A stretch of DNA of 37,125 nucleotides, taken from sequence record MZ375281.1. The stretch is one strand, 5' to 3'. The notes below the pieces were generated by a model. The model was not told the origin of the DNA, searched no databases, and worked only from the letters and a program-made list of their open reading frames with translations. Position numbers and translations under genes: made by a program. Shown piece after piece: positions 1 to 8,877 of this stretch; the first letter of the stretch is position 1; every line of letters starts with the position of its first letter. This DNA is from Escherichia phage T7.

Positions 1-142
1 TCTCACAGTGTACGGACCTAAAGTTCCCCCCATAGGGTGTACCTAAAGCCCAGCCAATCACCTAAAGTCAACCTTCGGTTGACCTTGAGGGTTCCCTAAG
101 GGTTTGTCTTTGGGTGTACCTTGAGTGTCTCTCTGTGTCCCT
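1..142. repeat. Left direct terminal repeat (identical copy at 36984-37125)
   Basis: Bases 1-142 match 36984-37125 exactly; begins TCTCACAGTGTACGG as in T7 terminal redundancy. Confidence 0.95.
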
Positions 143-330
143 CTCTGTTACAGTCTCCTAAAGTATCCTCCTAAAGTCACCTCCTAACGTCCATCCTAAA
201 GCCAACACCTAAAGACCCATCAAGTCAACGCCTATCTTAAAGTTTAAACATAAAGACCAGACCTAAAGACCAGACCTAAAGACACTACATAAAGACCAGA
301 CCTAAAGACGCCTTGTTGTTAGCCATAAAG
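143..330. repeat. Left-end array of short CCTAAAG/ACCTAAAGAC-type repeats (concatemer processing/packaging region)
   Basis: Multiple tandem-like cctaaag / agaccagacctaaag units visible. Confidence 0.7.
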
Positions 331-356
331 TGATAACCTTTAATCATTGTCTTTAT

Positions 357-379
357 TAATACAACTCACTATAGGGAGA
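357..379 (+). promoter_or_regulatory. T7 RNAP promoter phiOL
   Basis: TAATACAACTCACTATAGGGAGA, +1 G at 374. Confidence 0.8.
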
Positions 380-430
380 GACAACTTAAAGAGACTTAAA
401 AGATTAATTTAAAATTTATCAAAAAGAGTA

Positions 431-467
431 TTGACTTAAAGTCTAACCTATAGGATACTTACAGCCA
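431..467 (+). promoter_or_regulatory. E. coli RNAP early promoter A1
   Basis: TTGACT (431-436), 17-nt spacer, GATACT (454-459). Confidence 0.8.
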
Positions 468-557
468 TCGAGAGGGACACGGCGAATAGCCATCCCAATC
501 GACACCGGGGTCAACCGGATAAGTAGACAGCCTGATAAGTCGCACGAAAAACAGGTA

Positions 558-595
558 TTGACAACATGAAGTAACATGCAGTAAGATACAAATCG
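558..595 (+). promoter_or_regulatory. E. coli RNAP early promoter A2
   Basis: TTGACA (558-563), 18-nt spacer, TAAGAT (582-587). Confidence 0.8.
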
Positions 596-682
596 CTAGG
601 TAACACTAGCAGCGTCAACCGGGCGCACAGTGCCTTCTAGGTGACTTAAGCGCACCACGGCACATAAGGTGAAACAAAACGG

Positions 683-719
683 TTGACAACATGAAGTAAA
701 CACGGTACGATGTACCACA
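683..719 (+). promoter_or_regulatory. E. coli RNAP early promoter A3
   Basis: TTGACA (683-688), 17-nt spacer, TACGAT (706-711). Confidence 0.8.
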
Positions 720-829
720 TGAAACGACAGTGAGTCACCACACTGAAAGGTGATGCGGTCTAACGAAACCTGACCTAAGACGCTCTTTAACAATCTGGTA
801 AATAGCTCTTGAGTGCATGACTAGCGGAT

Positions 830-885
830 AACTCAAGGGTATCGCAAGGTGCCCTTTATGATATTCACTAATAACTGCACGAGGT
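830..885 (+). promoter_or_regulatory. Candidate RNase III processing hairpin R0.3
   Basis: Position just upstream of gene 0.3 as in T7; structure not computed. Confidence 0.35.
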
Positions 886-893
886 AACACAAG

Positions 894-1247
894 ATGGCTA
901 TGTCTAACATGACTTACAACAACGTTTTCGACCACGCTTACGAAATGCTGAAAGAAAACATCCGTTATGATGACATCCGTGACACTGATGACCTGCACGA
1001 TGCTATTCACATGGCTGCCGATAATGCAGTTCCGCACTACTACGCTGACATCTTGAGCGTAATGGCAAGTGAGGGCATTGACCTTGAGTTCGAAGACTCT
1101 GGTCTGATGCCTGACACCAAGGACGTAATCCGCATCCTGCAAGCGCGTATCTATGAGCAATTAACGATTGACCTCTGGGAAGACGCAGAAGACTTGCTCA
1201 ATGAATACTTGGAGGAAGTCGAGGAGTACGAGGAGGATGAAGAGTAA
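894..1247 (+). CDS. 0.3: Ocr, anti-restriction DNA mimic (gp0.3)
   Basis: 117-aa ORF, very acidic, ends [11 protein letters not shown]. Confidence 0.95.
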   Translation: MAMSNMTYNNVFDHAYEMLKENIRYDDIRDTDDLHDAIHMAADNAVPHYYADILSVMASEGIDLEFEDSGLMPDTKDVIRILQARIYEQLTIDLWEDAEDLLNEYLEEVEEYEEDEE

Positions 1248-1291
1248 TGTCTACTACCAACGTGCAATACGGTCTGACCGCTATCTCATAA
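1247..1291 (+). pseudogene. 0.4: Remnant of gene 0.4 (14 codons, [14 protein letters not shown]); genes 0.4-0.6 absent
   Basis: ATG overlaps 0.3 stop (TAATG); ORF stops after 14 codons and sequence resumes just upstream of 0.7. Confidence 0.6.
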
Positions 1292-1313
1292 CGAACATAA
1301 AGGACACAATGCA

Positions 1314-2393
1314 ATGAACATTACCGACATCATGAACGCTATCGACGCAATCAAAGCACTGCCAATCTGTGAACTTGACAAGCGTCAAGGTATGCTTATC
1401 GACTTACTGGTCGAGATGGTCAACAGCGAGACGTGTGATGGCGAGCTAACCGAACTAAATCAGGCACTTGAGCATCAAGATTGGTGGACTACCTTGAAGT
1501 GTCTCACGGCTGACGCAGGGTTCAAGATGCTCGGTAATGGTCACTTCTCGGCTGCTTATAGTCACCCGCTGCTACCTAACAGAGTGATTAAGGTGGGCTT
1601 TAAGAAAGAGGATTCAGGCGCAGCCTATACCGCATTCTGCCGCATGTATCAGGGTCGTCCTGGTATCCCTAACGTCTACGATGTACAGCGCCACGCTGGA
1701 TGCTATACGGTGGTACTTGACGCACTTAAGGATTGCGAGCGTTTCAACAATGATGCCCATTATAAATACGCTGAGATTGCAAGCGACATCATTGATTGCA
1801 ATTCGGATGAGCATGATGAGTTAACTGGATGGGATGGTGAGTTTGTTGAAACTTGTAAACTAATCCGCAAGTTCTTTGAGGGCATCGCCTCATTCGACAT
1901 GCATAGCGGGAACATCATGTTCTCAAATGGAGACGTACCATACATCACCGACCCGGTATCATTCTCGCAGAAGAAAGACGGTGGCGCATTCAGCATCGAC
2001 CCTGAGGAACTCATCAAGGAAGTCGAGGAAGTCGCACGACAGAAAGAAATTGACCGCGCTAAGGCCCGTAAAGAACGTCACGAGGGGCGCTTAGAGGCAC
2101 GCAGATTCAAACGTCGCAACCGCAAGGCACGTAAAGCACACAAAGCTAAGCGCGAAAGAATGCTTGCTGCGTGGCGATGGGCTGAACGTCAAGAACGGCG
2201 TAACCATGAGGTAGCTGTAGATGTACTAGGAAGAACCAATAACGCTATGCTCTGGGTCAACATGTTCTCTGGGGACTTTAAGGCGCTTGAGGAACGAATC
2301 GCGCTGCACTGGCGTAATGCTGACCGGATGGCTATCGCTAATGGTCTTACGCTCAACATTGATAAGCAACTTGACGCAATGTTAATGGGCTGA
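1314..2393 (+). CDS. 0.7: Ser/Thr protein kinase and host shut-off protein (gp0.7)
   Basis: 359-aa ORF, same length as T7 gp0.7. Confidence 0.95.
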
Positions 2394-2395
2394 TA

Positions 2396-2460
2396 GTCTT
2401 ATCTTACAGGTCATCTGCGGGTGGCCTGAATAGGTACGATTTACTAACTGGAAGAGGCAC
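2396..2460 (+). promoter_or_regulatory. Candidate RNase III site R1
   Basis: Intergenic region between 0.7 and gene 1. Confidence 0.4.
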
Positions 2461-2463
2461 TAA

Positions 2464-5115
2464 ATGAACACGATTAACATCGCTAAGAACGACTTCTCTG
2501 ACATCGAACTGGCTGCTATCCCGTTCAACACTCTGGCTGACCATTACGGTGAGCGTTTAGCTCGCGAACAGTTGGCCCTTGAGCATGAGTCTTACGAGAT
2601 GGGTGAAGCACGCTTCCGCAAGATGTTTGAGCGTCAACTTAAAGCTGGTGAGGTTGCGGATAACGCTGCCGCCAAGCCTCTCATCACTACCCTACTCCCT
2701 AAGATGATTGCACGCATCAACGACTGGTTTGAGGAAGTGAAAGCTAAGCGTGGCAAGCGCCCGACAGCCTTCCAGTTCCTGCAAGAAATCAAGCCGGAAG
2801 CCGTAGCGTACATCACCATTAAGACCACTCTGGCTTGCCTAACCAGTGCTGACAATACAACCGTTCAGGCTGCAGCAAGCGCAATCGGTCGGGCCATTGA
2901 GGACGAGGCTCGCTTCGGTCGTATCCGTGACCTTGAAGCTAAGCACTTCAAGAAAAACGTTGAGGAACAACTCAACAAGCGCGTAGGGCACGTCTACAAG
3001 AAAGCATTTATGCGAGTTGTCGAGGCTGACATGCTCTCTAAGGGTCTACTCGGTGGCGAGGCGTGGTCTTCGTGGCATAAGGAAGACTCTATTCATGTAG
3101 GAGTACGCTGCATCGAGATGCTCATTGAGTCAACCGGAATGGTTAGCTTACACCGCCAAAATGCTGGCGTAGTAGGTCAAGACTCTGAGACTATCGAACT
3201 CGCACCTGAATACGCTGAGGCTATCGCAACCCGTGCAGGTGCGCTGGCTGGCATCTCTCCGATGTTCCAACCTTGCGTAGTTCCTCCTAAGCCGTGGACT
3301 GGCATTACTGGTGGTGGCTATTGGGCTAACGGTCGTCGTCCTCTGGCGCTGGTGCGTACTCACAGTAAGAAAGCACTGATGCGCTACGAAGACGTTTACA
3401 TGCCTGAGGTGTACAAAGCGATTAACATTGCGCAAAACACCGCATGGAAAATCAACAAGAAAGTCCTAGCGGTCGCCAACGTAATCACCAAGTGGAAGCA
3501 TTGTCCGGTCGAGGACATCCCTGCGATTGAGCGTGAAGAACTCCCGATGAAACCGGAAGACATCGACATGAATCCTGAGGCTCTCACCGCGTGGAAACGT
3601 GCTGCCGCTGCTGTGTACCGCAAGGACAAGGCTCGCAAGTCTCGCCGTATCAGCCTTGAGTTCATGCTTGAGCAAGCCAATAAGTTTGCTAACCATAAGG
3701 CCATCTGGTTCCCTTACAACATGGACTGGCGCGGTCGTGTTTACGCTGTGTCAATGTTCAACCCGCAAGGTAACGATATGACCAAAGGACTGCTTACGCT
3801 GGCGAAAGGTAAACCAATCGGTAAGGAAGGTTACTACTGGCTGAAAATCCACGGTGCAAACTGTGCGGGTGTCGATAAGGTTCCGTTCCCTGAGCGCATC
3901 AAGTTCATTGAGGAAAACCACGAGAACATCATGGCTTGCGCTAAGTCTCCACTGGAGAACACTTGGTGGGCTGAGCAAGATTCTCCGTTCTGCTTCCTTG
4001 CGTTCTGCTTTGAGTACGCTGGGGTACAGCACCACGGCCTGAGCTATAACTGCTCCCTTCCGCTGGCGTTTGACGGGTCTTGCTCTGGCATCCAGCACTT
4101 CTCCGCGATGCTCCGAGATGAGGTAGGTGGTCGCGCGGTTAACTTGCTTCCTAGTGAAACCGTTCAGGACATCTACGGGATTGTTGCTAAGAAAGTCAAC
4201 GAGATTCTACAAGCAGACGCAATCAATGGGACCGATAACGAAGTAGTTACCGTGACCGATGAGAACACTGGTGAAATCTCTGAGAAAGTCAAGCTGGGCA
4301 CTAAGGCACTGGCTGGTCAATGGCTGGCTTACGGTGTTACTCGCAGTGTGACTAAGCGTTCAGTCATGACGCTGGCTTACGGGTCCAAAGAGTTCGGCTT
4401 CCGTCAACAAGTGCTGGAAGATACCATTCAGCCAGCTATTGATTCCGGCAAGGGTCTGATGTTCACTCAGCCGAATCAGGCTGCTGGATACATGGCTAAG
4501 CTGATTTGGGAATCTGTGAGCGTGACGGTGGTAGCTGCGGTTGAAGCAATGAACTGGCTTAAGTCTGCTGCTAAGCTGCTGGCTGCTGAGGTCAAAGATA
4601 AGAAGACTGGAGAGATTCTTCGCAAGCGTTGCGCTGTGCATTGGGTAACTCCTGATGGTTTCCCTGTGTGGCAGGAATACAAGAAGCCTATTCAGACGCG
4701 CTTGAACCTGATGTTCCTCGGTCAGTTCCGCTTACAGCCTACCATTAACACCAACAAAGATAGCGAGATTGATGCACACAAACAGGAGTCTGGTATCGCT
4801 CCTAACTTTGTACACAGCCAAGACGGTAGCCACCTTCGTAAGACTGTAGTGTGGGCACACGAGAAGTACGGAATCGAATCTTTTGCACTGATTCACGACT
4901 CCTTCGGTACCATTCCGGCTGACGCTGCGAACCTGTTCAAAGCAGTGCGCGAAACTATGGTTGACACATATGAGTCTTGTGATGTACTGGCTGATTTCTA
5001 CGACCAGTTCGCTGACCAGTTGCACGAGTCTCAATTGGACAAAATGCCAGCACTTCCGGCTAAAGGTAACTTGAACCTCCGTGACATCTTAGAGTCGGAC
5101 TTCGCGTTCGCGTAA
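2464..5115 (+). CDS. 1: T7 RNA polymerase (gp1)
   Basis: 883-aa ORF starting MNTINIAKNDFSDIELAAIPFNTLADHYG, ending DFAFA. Confidence 0.99.
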   Translation: MNTINIAKNDFSDIELAAIPFNTLADHYGERLAREQLALEHESYEMGEARFRKMFERQLKAGEVADNAAAKPLITTLLPKMIARINDWFEEVKAKRGKRPTAFQFLQEIKPEAVAYITIKTTLACLTSADNTTVQAAASAIGRAIEDEARFGRIRDLEAKHFKKNVEEQLNKRVGHVYKKAFMRVVEADMLSKGLLGGEAWSSWHKEDSIHVGVRCIEMLIESTGMVSLHRQNAGVVGQDSETIELAPEYAEAIATRAGALAGISPMFQPCVVPPKPWTGITGGGYWANGRRPLALVRTHSKKALMRYEDVYMPEVYKAINIAQNTAWKINKKVLAVANVITKWKHCPVEDIPAIEREELPMKPEDIDMNPEALTAWKRAAAAVYRKDKARKSRRISLEFMLEQANKFANHKAIWFPYNMDWRGRVYAVSMFNPQGNDMTKGLLTLAKGKPIGKEGYYWLKIHGANCAGVDKVPFPERIKFIEENHENIMACAKSPLENTWWAEQDSPFCFLAFCFEYAGVQHHGLSYNCSLPLAFDGSCSGIQHFSAMLRDEVGGRAVNLLPSETVQDIYGIVAKKVNEILQADAINGTDNEVVTVTDENTGEISEKVKLGTKALAGQWLAYGVTRSVTKRSVMTLAYGSKEFGFRQQVLEDTIQPAIDSGKGLMFTQPNQAAGYMAKLIWESVSVTVVAAVEAMNWLKSAAKLLAAEVKDKKTGEILRKRCAVHWVTPDGFPVWQEYKKPIQTRLNLMFLGQFRLQPTINTNKDSEIDAHKQESGIAPNFVHSQDGSHLRKTVVWAHEKYGIESFALIHDSFGTIPADAANLFKAVRETMVDTYESCDVLADFYDQFADQLHESQLDKMPALPAKGNLNLRDILESDFAFA

Positions 5116-5123
5116 CGCCAAAT

Positions 5124-5146
5124 CAATACGACTCACTATAGAGGGA
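5124..5146 (+). promoter_or_regulatory. T7 promoter phi1.1A
   Basis: CAATACGACTCACTATAGAGGGA, +1 at 5141. Confidence 0.85.
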
Positions 5147-5198
5147 CAAACTCAAGGTCATTCGCAAGAGTGGCCTTTATGATTGACCTTCTTCCGGT
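5147..5198 (+). promoter_or_regulatory. Candidate RNase III site R1.1
   Basis: Hairpin-prone segment between phi1.1A and phi1.1B. Confidence 0.4.
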
Positions 5199-5221
5199 TA
5201 ATACGACTCACTATAGGAGAA
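5199..5221 (+). promoter_or_regulatory. T7 promoter phi1.1B
   Basis: TAATACGACTCACTATAGGAGAA, +1 at 5216. Confidence 0.9.
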
Positions 5222-5295
5222 CCTTAAGGTTTAACTTTAAGACCCTTAAGTGTTAATTAGAGATTTAAATTAAAGAATTACTAAGAGAGGACTTT
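5222..5295 (+). other. AT-rich segment of the primary replication origin
   Basis: AT-rich tract immediately downstream of the phi1.1A/phi1.1B pair. Confidence 0.6.
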
Positions 5296-5299
5296 AAGT

Positions 5300-5428
5300 A
5301 TGCGTAACTTCGAAAAGATGACCAAACGTTCTAACCGTAATGCTCGTGACTTCGAGGCAACCAAAGGTCGCAAGTTGAATAAGACTAAGCGTGACCGCTC
5401 TCACAAGCGTAGCTGGGAGGGTCAGTAA
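5300..5428 (+). CDS. 1.1: gp1.1, small basic protein (42 aa)
   Basis: ATG 5300 after RBS; MRNFEKMTKRSNRNARDFEATKGRKLNKTKRDRSHKRSWEGQ. Confidence 0.8.
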   Translation: MRNFEKMTKRSNRNARDFEATKGRKLNKTKRDRSHKRSWEGQ

Positions 5429-5429
5429 G

Positions 5430-5687
5430 ATGGGACGTTTATATAGTGGTAATCTGGCAGCATTCAAGGCAGCAACAAACAAGCTGTTCCAGTTAGACTT
5501 AGCGGTCATTTATGATGACTGGTATGATGCCTATACAAGAAAAGATTGCATACGGTTACGTATTGAGGACAGGAGTGGAAACCTGATTGATACTAGCACC
5601 TTCTACCACCACGACGAGGACGTTCTGTTCAATATGTGTACTGATTGGTTGAACCATATGTATGACCAGTTGAAGGACTGGAAGTAA
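5430..5687 (+). CDS. 1.2: gp1.2, inhibitor of host dGTPase
   Basis: 85-aa ORF from internal ATG MGRLYSGNLAAFK. Confidence 0.85.
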   Translation: MGRLYSGNLAAFKAATNKLFQLDLAVIYDDWYDAYTRKDCIRLRIEDRSGNLIDTSTFYHHDEDVLFNMCTDWLNHMYDQLKDWK

Positions 5688-5707
5688 TACGACTCAGTAT
5701 AGGGACA
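5685..5707 (+). promoter_or_regulatory. T7 promoter phi1.3
   Basis: TAATACGACTCAGTATAGGGACA, +1 at 5702. Confidence 0.85.
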
Positions 5708-5755
5708 ATGCTTAAGGTCGCTCTCTAGGAGTGGCCTTAGTCATTTAACCAATAG
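5708..5755 (+). promoter_or_regulatory. Candidate RNase III site R1.3
   Basis: Leader between phi1.3 and ligase start. Confidence 0.35.
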
Positions 5756-5767
5756 GAGATAAACATT

Positions 5768-6847
5768 ATGATGAACATTAAGACTAACCCGTTTAAAGCC
5801 GTGTCTTTCGTAGAGTCTGCCATTAAGAAGGCTCTGGATACCGCTGGATATCTTATCGCTGAAATCAAGTACGATGGTGTACGCGGGAACATCTGCGTAG
5901 ACAATACTGCTAACAGTTACTGGCTCTCTCGTGTATCTAAAACGATTCCGGCACTGGAGCACTTAAACGGGTTTGATGTTCGCTGGAAGCGTCTACTGAA
6001 CGATGACCGTTGCTTCTACAAAGATGGCTTTATGCTTGATGGGGAACTCATGGTCAAGGGCGTAGACTTTAACACAGGGTCCGGCCTACTGCGTACCAAA
6101 TGGACTGACACGAAGAACCAAGAGTTCCATGAAGAGTTATTCGTTGAACCAATCCGTAAGAAAGATAAAGTTCCCTTTAAGCTGCACACTGGACACCTTC
6201 ACATAAAACTGTACGCTATCCTCCCGCTGCACATCGTGGAGTCTGGAGAAGACTGTGATGTCATGACGTTGCTCATGCAGGAACACGTTAAGAACATGCT
6301 GCCTCTGCTACAGGAATACTTCCCTGAAATCGAATGGCAAGCGGCTGAATCTTACGAGGTCTACGATATGGTAGAACTACAGCAACTGTACGAGCAGAAG
6401 CGAGCAGAAGGCCATGAGGGTCTCATTGTGAAAGACCCGATGTGTATCTATAAGCGCGGTAAGAAATCTGGCTGGTGGAAAATGAAACCTGAGAACGAAG
6501 CTGACGGTATCATTCAGGGTCTGGTATGGGGTACAAAAGGTCTGGCTAATGAAGGTAAAGTGATTGGTTTTGAGGTGCTTCTTGAGAGTGGTCGTTTAGT
6601 TAACGCCACGAATATCTCTCGCGCCTTAATGGATGAGTTCACTGAGACAGTAAAAGAGGCCACCCTAAGTCAATGGGGATTCTTTAGCCCATACGGTATT
6701 GGCGACAACGATGCTTGTACTATTAACCCTTACGATGGCTGGGCGTGTCAAATTAGCTACATGGAGGAAACACCTGATGGCTCTTTGCGGCACCCATCGT
6801 TCGTAATGTTCCGTGGCACCGAGGACAACCCTCAAGAGAAAATGTAA
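5768..6847 (+). CDS. 1.3: ATP-dependent DNA ligase (gp1.3)
   Basis: 359-aa ORF; KYDGVRG adenylation motif. Confidence 0.97.
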   Translation: MMNIKTNPFKAVSFVESAIKKALDTAGYLIAEIKYDGVRGNICVDNTANSYWLSRVSKTIPALEHLNGFDVRWKRLLNDDRCFYKDGFMLDGELMVKGVDFNTGSGLLRTKWTDTKNQEFHEELFVEPIRKKDKVPFKLHTGHLHIKLYAILPLHIVESGEDCDVMTLLMQEHVKNMLPLLQEYFPEIEWQAAESYEVYDMVELQQLYEQKRAEGHEGLIVKDPMCIYKRGKKSGWWKMKPENEADGIIQGLVWGTKGLANEGKVIGFEVLLESGRLVNATNISRALMDEFTETVKEATLSQWGFFSPYGIGDNDACTINPYDGWACQISYMEETPDGSLRHPSFVMFRGTEDNPQEKM

Positions 6848-6852
6848 TCACA

Positions 6853-6886
6853 CTGGCTCACCTTCGGGTGGGCCTTTCTGCGTTTA
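6853..6886 (+). terminator. Early terminator TE (host RNAP, rho-independent)
   Basis: GC hairpin ggctcaccttcgggtgggcc followed by tttctgcgttt. Confidence 0.85.
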
Positions 6887-6897
6887 TAAGGAGACAC

Positions 6898-6920
6898 TTT
6901 TACGACTCACTAAAGGAGGT
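6898..6920 (+). promoter_or_regulatory. T7 promoter phi1.5 with altered upstream edge (TTT at -17 to -15)
   Basis: TTTTACGACTCACTAAAGGAGGT, +1 at 6915. Confidence 0.7.
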
Positions 6921-6927
6921 ACACACC

Positions 6928-7017
6928 ATGATGTACTTAATGCCATTACTCATCGTCATTGTAGGATGCCTTGCGCTCCACTGTAGCGATTATGATATGC
7001 CAGATGGTCACGCTTAA
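6928..7017 (+). CDS. 1.5: gp1.5 (29 aa)
   Basis: MMYLMPLLIVIVGCLALHCSDYDMPDGHA; stop is the TAA of phi1.6. Confidence 0.7.
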   Translation: MMYLMPLLIVIVGCLALHCSDYDMPDGHA

Positions 7018-7037
7018 TACGACTCACTAAAGGAGAC
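7015..7037 (+). promoter_or_regulatory. T7 promoter phi1.6
   Basis: TAATACGACTCACTAAAGGAGAC, +1 at 7032. Confidence 0.9.
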
Positions 7038-7042
7038 ACTAT

Positions 7043-7303
7043 ATGTTTCGACTTCATTACAACAAAAGCGTTAAGAATTTCACGGTTCGCCGTGCTGACC
7101 GTTCAATCGTATGTGCGAGCGAGCGCCGAGCTAAGATACCTCTTATTGGTAACACAGTTCCTTTGGCACCGAGCGTCCACATCATTATCACCCGTGGTGA
7201 CTTTGAGAAAGCAATAGACAAGAAACGTCCGGTTCTTAGTGTGGCAGTGACCCGCTTCCCGTTCGTCCGTCTGTTACTCAAACGAATCAAGGAGGTGTTC
7301 TGA
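7043..7303 (+). CDS. 1.6: gp1.6
   Basis: 86-aa ORF. Confidence 0.85.
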
Positions 7304-7349
7304 TGGGACTGTTAGATGGTGAAGCCTGGGAAACATAAGGATAAATGTT

Positions 7350-7357
<8 letters not shown>
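7303..7357 (+). pseudogene. 1.7: Remnant of gene 1.7 (nucleotide kinase); [11 protein letters not shown] then original 3' end overlapping 1.8 start
   Basis: ATG overlaps 1.6 stop (TGATG); stop after 11 codons. Confidence 0.65.
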
Positions 7358-7690
<333 letters not shown>

Positions 7691-7693
<3 letters not shown>

Positions 7694-7713
7694 TACGACT
7701 CACTATTAGGGAA
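7691..7713 (+). promoter_or_regulatory. T7 promoter phi2.5 (initiates with A)
   Basis: TAATACGACTCACTATTAGGGAA, +1 A at 7708. Confidence 0.9.
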
Positions 7714-7758
7714 GACTCCCTCTGAGAAACCAAACGAAACCTAAAGGAGATTAACATT

Positions 7759-8337
7759 ATGGCTAAGAAGATTTTCACCTCTGCGCTGGGTACCGCTGAA
7801 CCTTACGCTTACATCACCAAGCCGGACTACGGCAACGAAGAGCGTGGCTTTGGGAACCCTCGTGGTGTCTATAAAGTTGACCTGACTATTCCCAACAAAG
7901 ACCCGCGCTGCCAGCGTATGGTCGATGAAATCGTGAAGTGTCACGAAGAGGCTTATGCTGCTGCCGTTGAGGAATACGAAGCTAATCCACCTGCTGTAGC
8001 TCGTGGTAAGAAACCGCTGAAACCGTATGAGGGTGACATGCCGTTCTTCGATAACGGTGACGGTACGACTACCTTTAAGTTCAAATGCTACGCGTCTTTC
8101 CAAGACAAGAAGACCAAAGAGACCAAGCACATCAATCTGGTTGTGGTTGACTCAAAAGGTAAGAAGATGGAAGACGTTCCGATTATCGGTGGTGGCTCTA
8201 AGCTGAAAGTTAAATATTCTCTGGTTCCATACAAGTGGAACACTGCTGTAGGTGCGAGCGTTAAGCTGCAACTGGAATCCGTGATGCTGGTCGAACTGGC
8301 TACCTTTGGTGGCGGTGAAGACGATTGGGCTGACTAA
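7759..8337 (+). CDS. 2.5: ssDNA-binding protein gp2.5, truncated at codon 193 by in-frame TAA; 39 further in-frame codons (8338-8454) still encode the acidic tail ending DEDGDF
   Basis: 192-aa ORF MAKKIFTSALGTAEPYAYI...; TAA at 8335-8337; downstream frame VEENGYVAS...EEADEDGDF*. Confidence 0.9.
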   Translation: MAKKIFTSALGTAEPYAYITKPDYGNEERGFGNPRGVYKVDLTIPNKDPRCQRMVDEIVKCHEEAYAAAVEEYEANPPAVARGKKPLKPYEGDMPFFDNGDGTTTFKFKCYASFQDKKTKETKHINLVVVDSKGKKMEDVPIIGGGSKLKVKYSLVPYKWNTAVGASVKLQLESVMLVELATFGGGEDDWAD

Positions 8338-8457
8338 GTTGAAGAGAACGGCTATGTTGCCTCTGGTCCTGCCAAAGCGAGCAAACCACGCGACGAAGAA
8401 AGCTGGGACGAAGACGACGAAGAGTCCGAGGAAGCAGACGAAGACGGAGACTTCTAA

Positions 8458-8877
8458 GTGGAACTGCGGGAGAAAATCCTTGAGCGAATCAAGGTGACTT
8501 CCTCTGGGTGTTGGGAGTGGCAGGGCGCTACGAACAATAAAGGGTACGGGCAGGTGTGGTGCAGCAATACCGGAAAGGTTGTCTACTGTCATCGCGTAAT
8601 GTCTAATGCTCCGAAAGGTTCTACCGTCCTGCACTCCTGTGATAATCCATTATGTTGTAACCCTGAACACCGTTCCATAGGAACTCCAAAAGAGAACTCC
8701 ACTGACATGGTAAATAAGGGTCGCTCACACAAGGGGTATAAACTTTCAGACGAAGACGTAATGGCAATCATGGAGTCCAGCGAGTCCAATGTATCCTTAG
8801 CTCGCACCTATGGTGTCTCCCAACAGACTATTTGTGATATACGCAAAGGGAGGCGACATGGCAGGTTACGGCGCTAA
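8458..8877 (+). CDS. 2.8: gp2.8, HNH-motif protein (GTG start)
   Basis: 139-aa ORF; HSCDNPLCCNPEH motif. Confidence 0.8.
   Translation: MELREKILERIKVTSSGCWEWQGATNNKGYGQVWCSNTGKVVYCHRVMSNAPKGSTVLHSCDNPLCCNPEHRSIGTPKENSTDMVNKGRSHKGYKLSDEDVMAIMESSESNVSLARTYGVSQQTICDIRKGRRHGRLRR

Noticed and set aside
357-379. phiOL has A at -11 like the variant phi10
   Set aside because: phiOL is a naturally weak, non-consensus promoter and I cannot establish from memory that this differs from the reference.
2464-5115. Possible single amino-acid substitutions relative to reference (e.g. ...KKAFMRVVEADML... in T7 RNAP, where I half-remember Q)
   Set aside because: My recall of the reference is not reliable at single-residue resolution; only changes with internal evidence are reported. 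Needs alignment.
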